Source: an uncultured Planctomycetota bacterium
GTDB taxonomy: Bacteria; Planctomycetota; Planctomycetia; Pirellulales; Lacipirellulaceae
Direction: 5' to 3'
DNA: 64,000 nucleotides
NCBI GenBank assembly: GCA_963719315.1
Contig: CAVRBU010000002.1
Coordinates: 1,856,001-1,920,000, forward strand
Made by a program: the position numbers and the translations under genes. Numbering within the stretch: position 1 is the first letter of the stretch; the number at the start of each line of letters is the position of its first letter. Shown in pieces: positions 36,079 through 47,080 of this stretch. The notes beneath the pieces are model-generated. The model worked only from the letters and a program-made list of their open reading frames with translations, was not told the DNA's origin and searched no databases.

Positions 36079-36314
36079 TCCGCATCGGCCATTTCATTTG
36101 GCGCCTGCCTTCCGCGCTGCTAATCGCGGTCGTCCGAATTTATCAATGGACGCTGAGCCCGCTGGTTGGTCGTCAGTGCCGATTTGAGCCCACTTGTAGC
36201 GAGTATTTCATTCAGTCCGTGGAGAAGCACGGAGCCGCTCGCGGCACTTGGCGGGGTTTGCGCCGGATCGGCCGCTGCCATCCGTTCCACCCCGGGGGCT
36301 ACGATCCGCCGTGA
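36075..36314 (+). CDS. yidD: Membrane protein insertion efficiency factor
   Basis: [10 protein letters not shown] and [16 protein letters not shown] motifs. Confidence 0.95.
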   Translation: MIRIGHFIWRLPSALLIAVVRIYQWTLSPLVGRQCRFEPTCSEYFIQSVEKHGAARGTWRGLRRIGRCHPFHPGGYDPP

Positions 36315-36608
36315 TTCTCGCGCGCAATTCCGCATTTCGACCGGCCCGTCTCGCTTGCAATAAGCCCGCCAGCAATGCTAGCCCTGGCCGAATCGTTCGC
36401 GGACGCATGGACGCATGTCGTCCAAATGGCCCACCTTGACCCATTGCAGCTAAGCAACTACTCTCCGCCATTCGGAAACCGCGCCTTTTGTTTACCTACG
36501 ACAAAGGGAGTCCGTCGGCGTCCGAAGTTGCGTGGCCGCGCAAGATGCCAGGTCCGCCGCCCAAGCGAATCGTTCACGATCCACTTGCCGACTGAGGAGC
36601 GCTCAAGG

Positions 36609-38354
36609 ATGACGCGTCGCACAACGAACGAATTCGTTCGCAGCGCGATCTGCGCGCTGGCCGCCGCCATCCTGTGCGGCGGATGCAGCGGTCCGATCCT
36701 CCGCCCGCAAAGCCCCGAAGCGCGGATCGATCTGCCTCCCATGCCGGATGTGAAGTACGTCTCCGCGTACACGCATCCCTACGGCATGAATTACGTGAAG
36801 GTGGAAGCCGTGTCGCTCGTCACCGGTCTCAACGGCACGGGTTCCGACCCGCCGCCGACGCCGCAACGTGCCATTCTGCTCGATGAAATGAAACGCCGCG
36901 AAGTGGCGAATCCGAATGAAGTGCTCGCCTCCGCGAATACCTCGATGGTCCTCGTAAGGGCATTCTTGCGACCCGGCATTCAGGAAGGCGACCGCTTCGA
37001 TGTCGAAGTTCGCGTCCCGACCGGAAGCGATACGACGAGCCTCCGCAACGGTTGGCTCCTTCCGACTCGGCTCAGTGAAATGGCCGTCCTCGATCAGCAA
37101 ATCCTCAATGGTCACGTTTTCGGTATGGCCGAGGGTCCCGTGCTCGTCGATCCATCGGCCGACCCGAAATCGAACCCGGCCTTGGCGACCAAAGGCCGCA
37201 TCCTCAGCGGTGGCATTTCCACCAAATCCCGAACTCTGGGCCTGGTCATCACGCAGCAGCATCAATCGATCCGTATCAGCCAGGACATTGCCCACGCGAT
37301 CAATCATCGCTTTTTCACTTTCGTCAACGGCCGCAAACAAGGCGTAGCCACGCCGAAAACGGGCGAGTTCATCGACATCGCGATGCAACCGCGATACCGC
37401 GACAACATTGCCCGCTACATGCAGATTCTCCGAAACGTCGCGATCGACGAATCACCGACGACGCAGCAGGCCCGGCTCTTATTCCTGGAACAGCAATTGA
37501 GCGACCCGCTCACAAGCGCGAGCGCATCCATGCGGCTGGAAGCGATCGGCGATGATCAAGCGAAGCAAATTCTCAAGCAAGGACTGGGCGTTAACGACAA
37601 GGAAGTGAAATTCTACGCGGCCGAAGCCTTAGCGTATCTCGACGAAACCAGCGCGGTGCCCGAGTTGGCAAACGTCGCCCGCAATGAACCAGCTTTCCGC
37701 GTGAACGCTCTGGCTGCTCTCAGTGCAATGGACGACGCATCGGCCTACGACGCGCTCCGTTCGCTGCTCGAAGTCAAGAGCGCCGAGACTCGCTACGGCG
37801 CCTTCCGGGCTTTGTGGGCCATGAACGAGCACGATCCGTTCCTGAACGATGAAAAGCTTTCGCCCCAATTCCATTATCACGTACTGGATGTGCCCGGGCC
37901 CGATATGGTGCACGTCACGCAGAGTCACCTGCCGGAAATCGTGCTGTTCGGCAAAGATCAGAAACTGCAATTGCCGCTCATGCTCGATGCCGGCAAGTCG
38001 ATCCTCGTCAACGGCATGAAGGGCGACAAGATTACGGTCAGCAAATTTGCGGCCCAATCCGAGCCGGAACAACGCGTCGTTTCCACGAGCGTGGATGAAG
38101 TGATCCGTGCGATCGTGGCCCTGGGCGGTACTTACCCCGATGTCGTCCAGGCGTTGCAACAAGCGAAGACCGATGGCGCAATGCCGAGCCGCTTCGAAGT
38201 GGATGCGCTCCCCGAATCCGGCCGCGCGTACGACCGCGTGGCGGAGAATGCCAAGGCCGAAGGCGACGTCGTACAGGCCTCGGCCACGGAATCTCAACCC
38301 GCTCCGCTCGAAGTAGCGACGCCGCTGCCGGAACTGTTCGGCCGGCCGAGGTGA
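36609..38354 (+). CDS. FlgI-like (P-ring domain) lipoprotein with HEAT repeats
   Basis: LCGGC lipobox, LVTGLNGTGSD, GDRFDVEV and SLRNG motifs; helical repeats. Confidence 0.8.
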   Translation: MTRRTTNEFVRSAICALAAAILCGGCSGPILRPQSPEARIDLPPMPDVKYVSAYTHPYGMNYVKVEAVSLVTGLNGTGSDPPPTPQRAILLDEMKRREVANPNEVLASANTSMVLVRAFLRPGIQEGDRFDVEVRVPTGSDTTSLRNGWLLPTRLSEMAVLDQQILNGHVFGMAEGPVLVDPSADPKSNPALATKGRILSGGISTKSRTLGLVITQQHQSIRISQDIAHAINHRFFTFVNGRKQGVATPKTGEFIDIAMQPRYRDNIARYMQILRNVAIDESPTTQQARLLFLEQQLSDPLTSASASMRLEAIGDDQAKQILKQGLGVNDKEVKFYAAEALAYLDETSAVPELANVARNEPAFRVNALAALSAMDDASAYDALRSLLEVKSAETRYGAFRALWAMNEHDPFLNDEKLSPQFHYHVLDVPGPDMVHVTQSHLPEIVLFGKDQKLQLPLMLDAGKSILVNGMKGDKITVSKFAAQSEPEQRVVSTSVDEVIRAIVALGGTYPDVVQALQQAKTDGAMPSRFEVDALPESGRAYDRVAENAKAEGDVVQASATESQPAPLEVATPLPELFGRPR

Positions 38355-38357
38355 TTG

Positions 38358-38430
38358 GTCAAGAGCCAAGAGTCGAGAGTCAAGGGCTTGAGGTTCTGGC
38401 TCTCGACTTTTGACTCTCTGCTCTCGACTC
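38358..38430. repeat. Heptamer-repeat hairpin, (GTCAAGA)n...(TCTCGAC)n family
   Basis: 7-nt periodic inverted arms ending 5 nt before the smc start. Confidence 0.8.
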
Positions 38431-38435
38431 AACAC

Positions 38436-41400
38436 ATGCTCAAAGCCCTCGAACTCTCTGGCTTTAAGAGCTTCGCCGATCGCACGCGGTTCGATTTCCC
38501 GACCGGGGTCTGCGTCGTCGTTGGCCCGAACGGGTCGGGCAAGTCCAACGTCGTGGACGCCGTCAAGTGGGTGCTCGGCTCGCAAAGCGCCAAAGGTCTT
38601 CGCGGCCAGGAAATGACGGACGTCATTTTCAACGGCTGCCCCACGCGCGCCCCGATGGGCGCCGCCGAAGTAACGCTCACGCTCGAAAACTCCGATCGCC
38701 GCCTGGCGATCGACGCCAATGAGGTCCACGTTTCGCGCCGCGTCTATCGCAGCGGCGAAGGCGAGTACCTCATCAACCGCCAGCCCTGCCGGTTGAAGGA
38801 TATCCGCGAGCTGCTAGCCGCGACCGGCATCACGACCGAGGCCTACTGCATCATCGAGCAAGGCAAAGTCGATGCGCTCTTGCAGTCGTCGCCTCGCGAC
38901 CGCCGCGTGATCTTCGAGGAAGCGGCCGGCATTAGCCAGTTCAAGGCCAAGAAGGCCATCGCCATCCGCCGCATGGAGCGCGTCGAGCAAAACCTGCTGC
39001 GGCTATCGGACATTGTGGATGAAGTCGAAAGCCGCTTGCGAAGCATCCGGTCGCAGGCCGGCAAGGCCCGCCGCTACCGCGAATGTACCGAGCGACTCCA
39101 GCAGCTTCGCACGGAGGTCGCGCTCGTCGACTGGCGGCATTTCACCAAGCAGATCGATGCCCGTCAGACTCAAATGATCGAAGCAAAGCGCCGTATCGAC
39201 GAGCGAACAGCGACGCTCGAACGAGACGAATCCAAAGCGCAGGAGCTCGAACACAGCATCGAATTGGCCACTCAGCAGACCCGCGAAATCGACGCTCAAG
39301 CCTCATCGACGCGCGAGCAAATTGCCGGTTTGCAGGCCACGATCGATAGCCAACGCAATCGCCAAACCGAACTGCAGCAAGAAATCGTGCGGATTCGGGA
39401 ACAATTGTCCGCGATGGACACGCACGACCAAGGCGCCGGCGACCAATTCCGCGAAGCCGCGCACCACCTCGAAGCCGCCGAGTTGGAGTTGGCCCGAATC
39501 GTCAGTGACTGCCGAGAACAATCCGAACGGGCCGACCAAGCACGCCGCGATGTGGATCATGCCCTCACCCAGCACGAGCAAATAAAGGCCCGACTTGCCG
39601 AATGCATCCGTGCCGCTTCACTCGCCAGCGAACAAATCGCGGTACTCGAATCCGCAGTGCTAGAGGCCGAAACTGTCTCCGCGGCCTGCCGCCTTCGGCT
39701 GGCTGAACTGGCTCAGAAACGAGCGGCTCAATCGGCCGAAGTCGGGCACCACCAAAAAATAGAATCCGATTTAACGGTCCAGGCCGAGCAGTATCGCGCT
39801 GCGTTGGCAACGGCCGAGCGGCGGCTCGTCGAAGTACGACGCGAGCTGGGTCGAGCCGATGTTCAGCACCGCCGGTTGGACGGCCAGCTCATGCGTGTCC
39901 GCGAGCGAATCGCCGTTTTGTCCGAACTAGAAAGTCGACATGAAGGCCTGGACGGCGGCGTCCAAGAAATACTGCGCCGTGCTCGCGAAGAGCCGACCCA
40001 CCACCTCGGCGACGTTCGTGGCGTCGTAGCCGACCTGTTCCATGTGGATGTCGATTCCGCGCCGCTCGTGGAAGTCGCGCTCGGCGAACGCGCTCAATTC
40101 ATCGTGCTCGCCTCGACTAGCCCCTTACTCGAATGGCTCCACGCGCGCCCATTGCGAGTTGCCGGGCGGGTCGGCTTCCTAGGGCTCGACAGCCGTTACA
40201 CACCCACGGCCCTCGATCACGTCGACCTGTCCGCCGAACCGGGCGTGATGGGTCGGGCCGACCGCTTCATCGAGTCGGCCGCCGAGCATCACGTGCTCGC
40301 GCGACGGTTGCTCGGGCGAACGTGGCTCGTCGACCGCCTGGCGACGGCGCTCCGGCTCGCCCAGTCAATCGGCCGCGGCCTCGAATTCGTCACCGGGGAC
40401 GGCGAACTTATCTCGGCCGACGGAACGGTCGTGGTCGGCCCGCGGCAGGCCGCAACCGGCGTCTTTTCACGCCGCAGCGAACTCCGCACGTGCCACGAGC
40501 AATCCGTTGGACTCGAACAGCAACTCGCAGCGCAGGCCGCCGCACTCTCGCACTTAGAAAGCGAACGCACCGAACAAGAGGAATTGGTTGCCTCGTCGGT
40601 CGCAGCGTATACCTCCGCCGCCGGCAAGTTGGCCGATTGCCGTCATAAAACCGCCGCTGCGGCCGCTCAACTCGATCGCCTCATCGAAGACGAGCGTCGA
40701 TCGCAACACGACCTGCAGGTTGCGGAGGAACGCATAACCGCCGATCGGGCGGAAATTGAAAAGAATGGCCAAGAATGCGCCGCGGTCGAGGCCACGGCGA
40801 CCGAACTCGAAACCGCGCTTCGCGAAAGTCAGGGACAGCTTTCCGCCGTCCGACAGCGCTATACCGAACTGCAGACCGCGCTCACCGAACTAAGGATTTC
40901 TGTCGCTCGTTGCGAGCAACGCGTCGAAATGCTCCGGCACCAGATGGACCAGGTGCAGCGCAGCCAACAGGAGCGCGACCAAATGTTGGCGGAGACCCGC
41001 GCGCGGCTCGCGAGCCGCGAGGCCCAAATCGCGGAACTCGAGGAAGCGATGCTGGTTGGCCGCCAATCGCTGGCGGCGTTATTTTTGACCAAGGAACAGC
41101 ACGCCGAAGCCCTGGCCAAAAAAGCCGCAGTCGTCGACGAACTCCGTCGCGGCCGGCAAGAAGTGAACGATCTCGTTCGCGCACAACGTCAGCAATTGAA
41201 CACACTTCAAGCCCAGCAATACAAGCTGGACGTGGCCACGACCCGCCTCCGCCACGATCGGCAAACACTCTGCGAACGCATGAACGACGACTACGGCATC
41301 AACCTGGATGAAGCGGCGCGGACTGAAGAGCAGAGAGCAGTGAGCCAGGAACAAGGGGAAAGAAGTAATGGAGTTCTCCCCGCTCCCCGCTCCCCGCTTT

Positions 41401-42170
41401 CCGCTCCTTCCAACCGCGAAGCCGTCGAACGCGAAATCGCGGAGCTCCGCGATCAGATCAACAACATCGGTGCTATCAATCTCGAAGCGCTCGATGAGCT
41501 GGACCAACTAGAAGGCCGATTCGAAAAGCTTTCCTCGCAGTATCGCGACCTGGTCGAGGCCAAGGCCTCGCTGGAACGCATCACGCAGCGGATCAACACC
41601 GACAGCCGCCAGTTGTTTTTGAGCACGCTCGAAACGGTCCGCGGTCATTTCCAGGATCTCTTCCGCCGCCTTTTCGGCGGCGGCGAAGCAGACATCATCG
41701 TCGACGAAGCGGAAGACGTACTCGATTGCGGTGTTGAAATCGTCGCTCGCCCGCCAGGCAAGGAAGCTTGCAGCATCTCGCTCCTTTCTGGCGGCGAAAA
41801 AACGCTCACCTGCGTGGCGCTCTTGCTAGCGGTCTTCCGCAGCAAGCCGAGCCCCTTTTGCATACTCGACGAAGTCGACGCCGCCCTCGACGAAGCCAAC
41901 ATCGGCCGCTTCGCCGCCGTGCTTCGCGAGTTTCTCTCCTGCACGCAGTTCATCGTGGTTACGCATTCGAAAAAGACAATGTCCGGCGCCGATACGCTGT
42001 ACGGCGTCACAATGCAAGAGTCGGGCGTTTCCAAGCGCGTTTCGGTCCGCTTCGAAGATGTTTCCGAAGACGGCCATATTCTACCCAGCGCGATGTTTCG
42101 TGCGACCGACTCAGACGCACCGGCTGGCGCAGCGAATGAATCCAACTCTTCACAAAAAAAAGCGGCATAG
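38436..42170 (+). CDS. smc: Chromosome segregation protein SMC
   Basis: [14 protein letters not shown], hinge region, coiled coils, LSGGEK and LDEVDAALD. Confidence 0.97.
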   Translation: MLKALELSGFKSFADRTRFDFPTGVCVVVGPNGSGKSNVVDAVKWVLGSQSAKGLRGQEMTDVIFNGCPTRAPMGAAEVTLTLENSDRRLAIDANEVHVSRRVYRSGEGEYLINRQPCRLKDIRELLAATGITTEAYCIIEQGKVDALLQSSPRDRRVIFEEAAGISQFKAKKAIAIRRMERVEQNLLRLSDIVDEVESRLRSIRSQAGKARRYRECTERLQQLRTEVALVDWRHFTKQIDARQTQMIEAKRRIDERTATLERDESKAQELEHSIELATQQTREIDAQASSTREQIAGLQATIDSQRNRQTELQQEIVRIREQLSAMDTHDQGAGDQFREAAHHLEAAELELARIVSDCREQSERADQARRDVDHALTQHEQIKARLAECIRAASLASEQIAVLESAVLEAETVSAACRLRLAELAQKRAAQSAEVGHHQKIESDLTVQAEQYRAALATAERRLVEVRRELGRADVQHRRLDGQLMRVRERIAVLSELESRHEGLDGGVQEILRRAREEPTHHLGDVRGVVADLFHVDVDSAPLVEVALGERAQFIVLASTSPLLEWLHARPLRVAGRVGFLGLDSRYTPTALDHVDLSAEPGVMGRADRFIESAAEHHVLARRLLGRTWLVDRLATALRLAQSIGRGLEFVTGDGELISADGTVVVGPRQAATGVFSRRSELRTCHEQSVGLEQQLAAQAAALSHLESERTEQEELVASSVAAYTSAAGKLADCRHKTAAAAAQLDRLIEDERRSQHDLQVAEERITADRAEIEKNGQECAAVEATATELETALRESQGQLSAVRQRYTELQTALTELRISVARCEQRVEMLRHQMDQVQRSQQERDQMLAETRARLASREAQIAELEEAMLVGRQSLAALFLTKEQHAEALAKKAAVVDELRRGRQEVNDLVRAQRQQLNTLQAQQYKLDVATTRLRHDRQTLCERMNDDYGINLDEAARTEEQRAVSQEQGERSNGVLPAPRSPLSAPSNREAVEREIAELRDQINNIGAINLEALDELDQLEGRFEKLSSQYRDLVEAKASLERITQRINTDSRQLFLSTLETVRGHFQDLFRRLFGGGEADIIVDEAEDVLDCGVEIVARPPGKEACSISLLSGGEKTLTCVALLLAVFRSKPSPFCILDEVDAALDEANIGRFAAVLREFLSCTQFIVVTHSKKTMSGADTLYGVTMQESGVSKRVSVRFEDVSEDGHILPSAMFRATDSDAPAGAANESNSSQKKAA
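41328..41407. repeat. Heptamer-repeat element inside smc
   Basis: GAGCAGA-like units followed by (CTCCCCG)n; encodes [26 protein letters not shown]. Confidence 0.65.
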
Positions 42171-42782
42171 AAAAGCCACCAATACTGCATGCGCGCATGA
42201 GGGGTTCCTCCGAGTATCCCGCGATCCTTCTTGGTGCTTCTGGTGCCCTCTGTAGCCAGTTTTCTTCCTCGATAGCATCGCCGCCTTAATGCGAATGCCC
42301 GATTCCGGACCGATTGATACGCCGAGCAAATGCGTTTCAATCCGCTCTGCCGGTACGACTAGCGAATCTTTCTAAAGTTCCTAGGTCGTTATTATCGAAA
42401 CTAGTTATCGGATGGGTTGTCTCTTTCCGCGCCGCACACCCGGTGCTCGCGGTCAGAAGCAGCTCGCAGGGGGGAGCCTGCCACATTGTCCCACCGTAGA
42501 GGCTTTGCGCTCGATGCGGTCGCGCCCAGCGTTTGTTGGTCGACGGTCGCACCGCGGCGGCAAGCGCCTTCCTGCACATCCTCGGCCGGTCCTTTGCGCT
42601 TTTCACGCAACGGAGCCGGCGGGTTCGGTTACACCGTTTGTGATGATTGATTCGGGCCGCATAGTCCGAGTCGGGAAAATCAAACGGTTTTGACCGATCT
42701 CCGCCTGCATTGCTAGCCGATGCCAAATGCAAGTGACGGAGCGGATCAGAAGGACCTGACCCGACCCACGGAGTTGTGAGCG

Positions 42783-42848
42783 GTTAGCTGTTAGCTAATA
42801 GCCAGAAGGATGAACCATCGTCTGGCTAATAGCTAATAGCTAATAGCT
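42783..42848. repeat. Heptamer-repeat hairpin, (GTTAGCT)n...(GCTAATA)n family
   Basis: GTTAGCTGTTAGCTAATAGCCAGA...TCTGGCTAATAGCTAATAGCTAATAGC. Confidence 0.8.
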
Positions 42849-43019
42849 TTCAGTTCCAAAGAGCCCCAACCCAGGCGTTTGCGAGTGGTTTGATACGAAA
42901 GCGCGAGGGAACCGCGCAAGCCGCATACGCAAATGCGGGGCACAACCAACGGTCGCGGCGGGCGTCGCCAAGCGGCCGAAAACCCAGCGGACACTTAGCA
43001 AGATAAATTGGAGAGCCCG

Positions 43020-43592
43020 ATGAAGGTCTTTACTACTGGTCAGGTCGCGAAGATCTGCAAAGTGGCCCCGCGCACGGTCAGTAAGTGGTTCGATTCAGGC
43101 CGACTCAAGGGTTACCGGATCCCCGGTTCCCAAGACCGACGCATCCCGCGCGAATACTTGATCAAGTTCCTCAAGGAGCATGGAATGCCCCTTGGAGACC
43201 TGGAAGACGAGGCGATGGCTAAAGTCCTCATCGTCGCCCAGGACCAGGTCTTGATCGAGAACCTCAAGCGCGAGTTGCCCGTCGAACGGTCGTTCCGCAC
43301 CTCGACCGCCGCGAGTGGCTTCGAAGCAGGCATTCAGGCCGAAAGTTTCCACCCGGACTGTATCATTGTCGATTTCTCGATCGGCCAACTCGAAGCGCTG
43401 CAGATCTGCCAGAACCTGCGCCGCAATTCCGAGTTCGGCGAAACGATCTTGATCGCCCTGCTGCCCGATGATAGCTCGACTGGAAACTTCGATCGCTCCA
43501 GCATCAACGAAACGTTCAAAAAGCCATTCGATTCCGCACTGTTGGCCGAACGTCTCCGCACGCTGATCGGCGCGAAGAAGGAATTGGTCTAA
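43020..43592 (+). CDS. Excisionase-type HTH (HTH_17) + receiver-domain regulator
   Basis: FTTGQVAKICKVAPRTVSKWFDSG..KGYRIPG..DRRIP, followed by a REC-like domain. Confidence 0.9.
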   Translation: MKVFTTGQVAKICKVAPRTVSKWFDSGRLKGYRIPGSQDRRIPREYLIKFLKEHGMPLGDLEDEAMAKVLIVAQDQVLIENLKRELPVERSFRTSTAASGFEAGIQAESFHPDCIIVDFSIGQLEALQICQNLRRNSEFGETILIALLPDDSSTGNFDRSSINETFKKPFDSALLAERLRTLIGAKKELV

Positions 43593-43599
43593 CAAGCAA

Positions 43600-43667
43600 G
43601 GCTGTTAGCTGTTAGCCAGAATGATTTGTTGTCACCCTCTGACTAATAGCTAACAGCTAATGGCTAA
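43600..43667. repeat. Heptamer-repeat hairpin, same family as 42783-42848
   Basis: GCTGTTAGCTGTTAGCCAGA...TCTGACTAATAGCTAACAGCTAATGGC. Confidence 0.8.
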
Positions 43668-43754
43668 GAACTGATTACATAGGGTCAGTCGAACGATTCG
43701 ACTGAGCGGCGGCGGAGAACTCCCGTCCTCTCCGTCGCCACTACCCGTCCAACA

Positions 43755-43791
43755 GGCCCGGCCGCCGCAAGGCAGCCGGGCTTTGTTTTTT
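43755..43791 (+). terminator. Intrinsic terminator
   Basis: GCCCGGC.GCC-GCAA-GGCAGCCGGGC followed by TTTGTTTTTT. Confidence 0.85.
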
Positions 43792-43925
43792 GTCCGCCCT
43801 CTCTGAATAATCAACCAGATCGCAGGGCGACGCGCCAGCAAGGGCGCTCGGCGTCGCCCTTCCTATGCATTCTTTGACACCCGCCGTCAGCACGACGCAA
43901 AATGAGTCCACGGAGGACACTTCCC

Positions 43926-44230
43926 ATGGCCAGCGTCGACGACGCCTTTCTCGCAGCCCAAAACCTTGGCATCGACGAAAATCTCAAGCTCATCTCCCGT
44001 ATCTGGGAAACCATTCCACCGGCCAGTGATTTCCGCCCAAGCGATGCCGATCTGGTCGAAATCAAGCGCCGCTGGGCCGAATATTAATCCGGCCGGATGA
44101 AGGCGATTCCCTGGGAAGATGTATGGGCCGGGGTTGAACACGAGCTAGGCAGTGAACAATCTTGAAATCTGTCTGCCGCAGAATCCGAATTTCGCGATGC
44201 GCGACACTGGTATCGCAACCAAAGCTGCGA
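43926..44230 (+). pseudogene. Decayed addiction module: TIGR02574-type antitoxin with internal TAA plus a ParE-like toxin remnant
   Basis: ...LISRIWETI...EIKRRWAEY*SGRMKAIPWEDV, then AAESEFRDARHWYRNQS, truncated. Confidence 0.7.
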
Positions 44231-44297
44231 TTACTTCGATTCGGCAAGCTCCCGAGACATATCCCCGCTGGGACGAAACTTACCACTTCTACCTGCT

Positions 44298-45338
44298 TCA
44301 GCGCGCCATCCGTTGGCGGCGATGAACTTGCAAGCCAAAGACCGCGGCCATTAGCAGAAGCGAAAGGCAACCCGGCTCAGGCACCGAAACTGCGCTAACC
44401 AATGTGCCCGATCCGGCGCCGCTTGCCAACTCGCCAAATTTGGAGCGCCACACCGTGAAGTCGTCCGAAGTGATTTGATTGTCGCCATTACCATCCGCAG
44501 CGAGGCCGACGCCCGTCTGCCCCATGGTATTGCGCCACACGACGTAATCGGCCGCGTCTACTCTGCCATTCTGGTTGTAGTCGCCATTCGACGAAGGGAT
44601 CAGATAAGTGCCGACCAATTGACCCGTCAGTGTAAGGTGGATGGTTGTCGTCGCATCGGCCACGATGTCCAACGAGGTGTTCGTGGGCACCGTGAGCTTT
44701 TCGTACACACGTCCCCCTTGCGACAGCGTGCCCAATGTGCCATTGCCGGAGAGCGTGCTCCCCTCGCCGATAATCGATTGATGGTCGGCAGGCGTGCCGA
44801 GTGAGCTTCGGTAAGCGATGTCTCCGCTCGCAAAAGTGATATCGGTCGAAGAAAGGCTGAATTGGTTACTGCCAACGGGTAGCGAACCGCTCGTCAGCCC
44901 AAATACGAAATCGCGCCCGGCGAAATTTACGGTAACGCTTACCGGCACGATGATCACCACCGTGCCGGTAATTTTGCCGGCGTAGTCCGCTGCCGCCGAG
45001 CCCGCCATGCCGTCAGCCAACGGCTGCCAGTTACCGCTCACGTTGGCGTCGACCGAGCTGCCCGAAAGAAATTGGATGCTGCTTGTTGCTCGATCGGTCT
45101 TGATTGTTCCCGTGTATGTGGTGGTCAGGCTGCCCGGGCCTTGCTCTTGTATCATTTTTCCGTTTCCGAGCGCGCTGTCGACGGTGCCAGAAACCGCGAT
45201 GCTGCTTTGAGTCATGTCGAGCGTGTAATCGCGACTCACAGCCAGCGCTCGATGGTGGGGGCCAAAGAACGCGATTAGCCCCAATGCGACCAATGCTACA
45301 GAGAGCTTCCCCCTACCTCCACTCAAATATCCCATCAT
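44298..45338 (-). CDS. PEP-CTERM protein with a dockerin-like GDYN motif
   Basis: Signal peptide, GDYNQNGRVDAADYVVWR, and VPEP + TM + basic tail. Confidence 0.9.
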   Translation of the reverse strand: MMGYLSGGRGKLSVALVALGLIAFFGPHHRALAVSRDYTLDMTQSSIAVSGTVDSALGNGKMIQEQGPGSLTTTYTGTIKTDRATSSIQFLSGSSVDANVSGNWQPLADGMAGSAAADYAGKITGTVVIIVPVSVTVNFAGRDFVFGLTSGSLPVGSNQFSLSSTDITFASGDIAYRSSLGTPADHQSIIGEGSTLSGNGTLGTLSQGGRVYEKLTVPTNTSLDIVADATTTIHLTLTGQLVGTYLIPSSNGDYNQNGRVDAADYVVWRNTMGQTGVGLAADGNGDNQITSDDFTVWRSKFGELASGAGSGTLVSAVSVPEPGCLSLLLMAAVFGLQVHRRQRMAR

Positions 45339-45371
45339 CCCACCCTCACTTCTTGTTCCGTTTTCAATCGT

Positions 45372-46877
45372 TCACGCTTCGCCGTTCTCGCGTTCGGTCG
45401 GCCCCCGCCTCTGCTCCCGCTTGCGGCGGCGTAGTTCCTTCTCGCGCTCTTTCTTGAGCTTGGCCCTTTCCTGCGACGAAAGGCGTTTCCCCGTCCCAAT
45501 CTTTGTTTTAGTCAATCCGTTCGGATTTTGCATCATTCCAGACTGCATTTCCCGAACCATTTTCATTCTTTCCCGCATTCCCTTGCCCGCTAGCGAGGTC
45601 ATCATTTGGGCCATGACGTCGAATTGCTTGACGAGATCGCCCACTTCGTGCGGCTCGACGCCCGACCCGGAGGCGATCCGGCGGCGGCGACTTTGGTCGA
45701 TCGTTTTCGGGCTGCGGCGTTCCGCCGGCGTCATCGAATCGATGATGCCAAACAACCGCTTCATGTCCTGCTCGTGGTCCACGTCGCCCATCATCTCGGT
45801 CATCGCGCTCATGCCGGGGATCAGGCCCATGACTTTTTGCAGCGGGCCCAGCTTGCCGATTTGTGAGAGCTGCTTGCGGAAATCTTCGAGCGTGAATTGA
45901 CCCTTGCTGAGCCGCTCCTCCTGCAGCCGCATTTCTTCCTGGTCGAATTCCTGCTGCGCCTTTTCGACGAGCGTGAGCAAATCGCCCTGGCCCAAAATGC
46001 GCCCGGCCATCCGGTCGGGATGAAACTCCTCCAATGCATCGAGGTGCTCGCCCGTGCCGATGAATTTGATCGGCACGCCGGTCACTTGCTTGACGGAGAG
46101 CGCCGCGCCGCCGCGAGCGTCGCCGTCGAGCTTCGTCAAGATGACGCCGTCTAGCTCCAGTTTCTCGTTGAAGACTTTTGCGCTGTAGACGGCATCCTGC
46201 CCAGTCATGCTATCGACGACCAGATACACTTGCTGCGGCCCGATCTGGCGGTCGATCCGTTCGAGTTGCCCCATCAACTCATCATCAATGTGCAGCCGAC
46301 CGGCCGTGTCGAGAATGACGACATCGGCGTTGTGCTTCTTAGCCTCCCGCACGGCCGCGTTTGCGACGGCCACCGGATCCTTGTTCGTGCGATCCGAGTA
46401 GACCGGAATCTCAAGCTGCTCGCCCAACACGTGCAACTGGTCGATAGCCGCCGGGCGCTGCAAGTCGCAGGCCACGAGCAACGGACGCCGGCCACGCTGC
46501 TTCAACATCCGCCCCAGCTTGCCCGTCGTCGTCGTTTTGCCGGACCCTTGCAGACCGCACATCATCAGCACGGTCACTTCATTCGCCCCCCGCAAATGGA
46601 GCGAATGATCCACCGGGCCCATCAAATTGATGAGCTCCTGGTAAACGATGCCCACGACCTGCTGGCTTGGGTTGAGTGACTTGAGCACCTTCTCGCCGAC
46701 CGCCTGGTCGGACACCCGCTGCATGAAATCGCGCACGACCTGAAAGCTGACATCCGCCTCGAGCAGCGATTTCTCGACGAGATTGAGCCCGTCGCGCATG
46801 TTCGATTCGCTCAGTTTGCCTTGCCCCCGAAGGGATTTGAGCGCCGAACCAAGACCATCTTGCAGGGCTTCGAACAT
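45372..46877 (-). CDS. ffh: Signal recognition particle protein
   Basis: [14 protein letters not shown] and [10 protein letters not shown] motifs; M domain. Confidence 0.98.
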   Translation of the reverse strand: MFEALQDGLGSALKSLRGQGKLSESNMRDGLNLVEKSLLEADVSFQVVRDFMQRVSDQAVGEKVLKSLNPSQQVVGIVYQELINLMGPVDHSLHLRGANEVTVLMMCGLQGSGKTTTTGKLGRMLKQRGRRPLLVACDLQRPAAIDQLHVLGEQLEIPVYSDRTNKDPVAVANAAVREAKKHNADVVILDTAGRLHIDDELMGQLERIDRQIGPQQVYLVVDSMTGQDAVYSAKVFNEKLELDGVILTKLDGDARGGAALSVKQVTGVPIKFIGTGEHLDALEEFHPDRMAGRILGQGDLLTLVEKAQQEFDQEEMRLQEERLSKGQFTLEDFRKQLSQIGKLGPLQKVMGLIPGMSAMTEMMGDVDHEQDMKRLFGIIDSMTPAERRSPKTIDQSRRRRIASGSGVEPHEVGDLVKQFDVMAQMMTSLAGKGMRERMKMVREMQSGMMQNPNGLTKTKIGTGKRLSSQERAKLKKEREKELRRRKREQRRGPTERENGEA

Positions 46878-47080
46878 AGTAACGTGGAGCAATGAGCGAA
46901 GAGCACAGAGTAAGAAATAGCCGCGATGCTACGCATCGCCGGGAACCCCCAATTCTACCTGAAAAAGGCACGTTCAGTCGAGCCGCATCCGCGACCGCCG
47001 CCGCTTGTGAGACTCCACCCGCAGCGATACGATTTTCATCATCACCATCCCCTGAATTGCTTTTGCGACACGCACCATAA

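Noticed and set aside
38355..38435. N-terminal extensions of smc, lpxA, hisG, tnpA and yraN in the ORF track
   Set aside because: They translate upstream repeats or neighbouring DNA; downstream starts match the family N-termini.
42880..43000. tRNA, SRP RNA or known riboswitch in the long intergenic region
   Set aside because: No T-loop/anticodon cloverleaf or familiar riboswitch consensus recognised by eye; an Rfam scan is needed.
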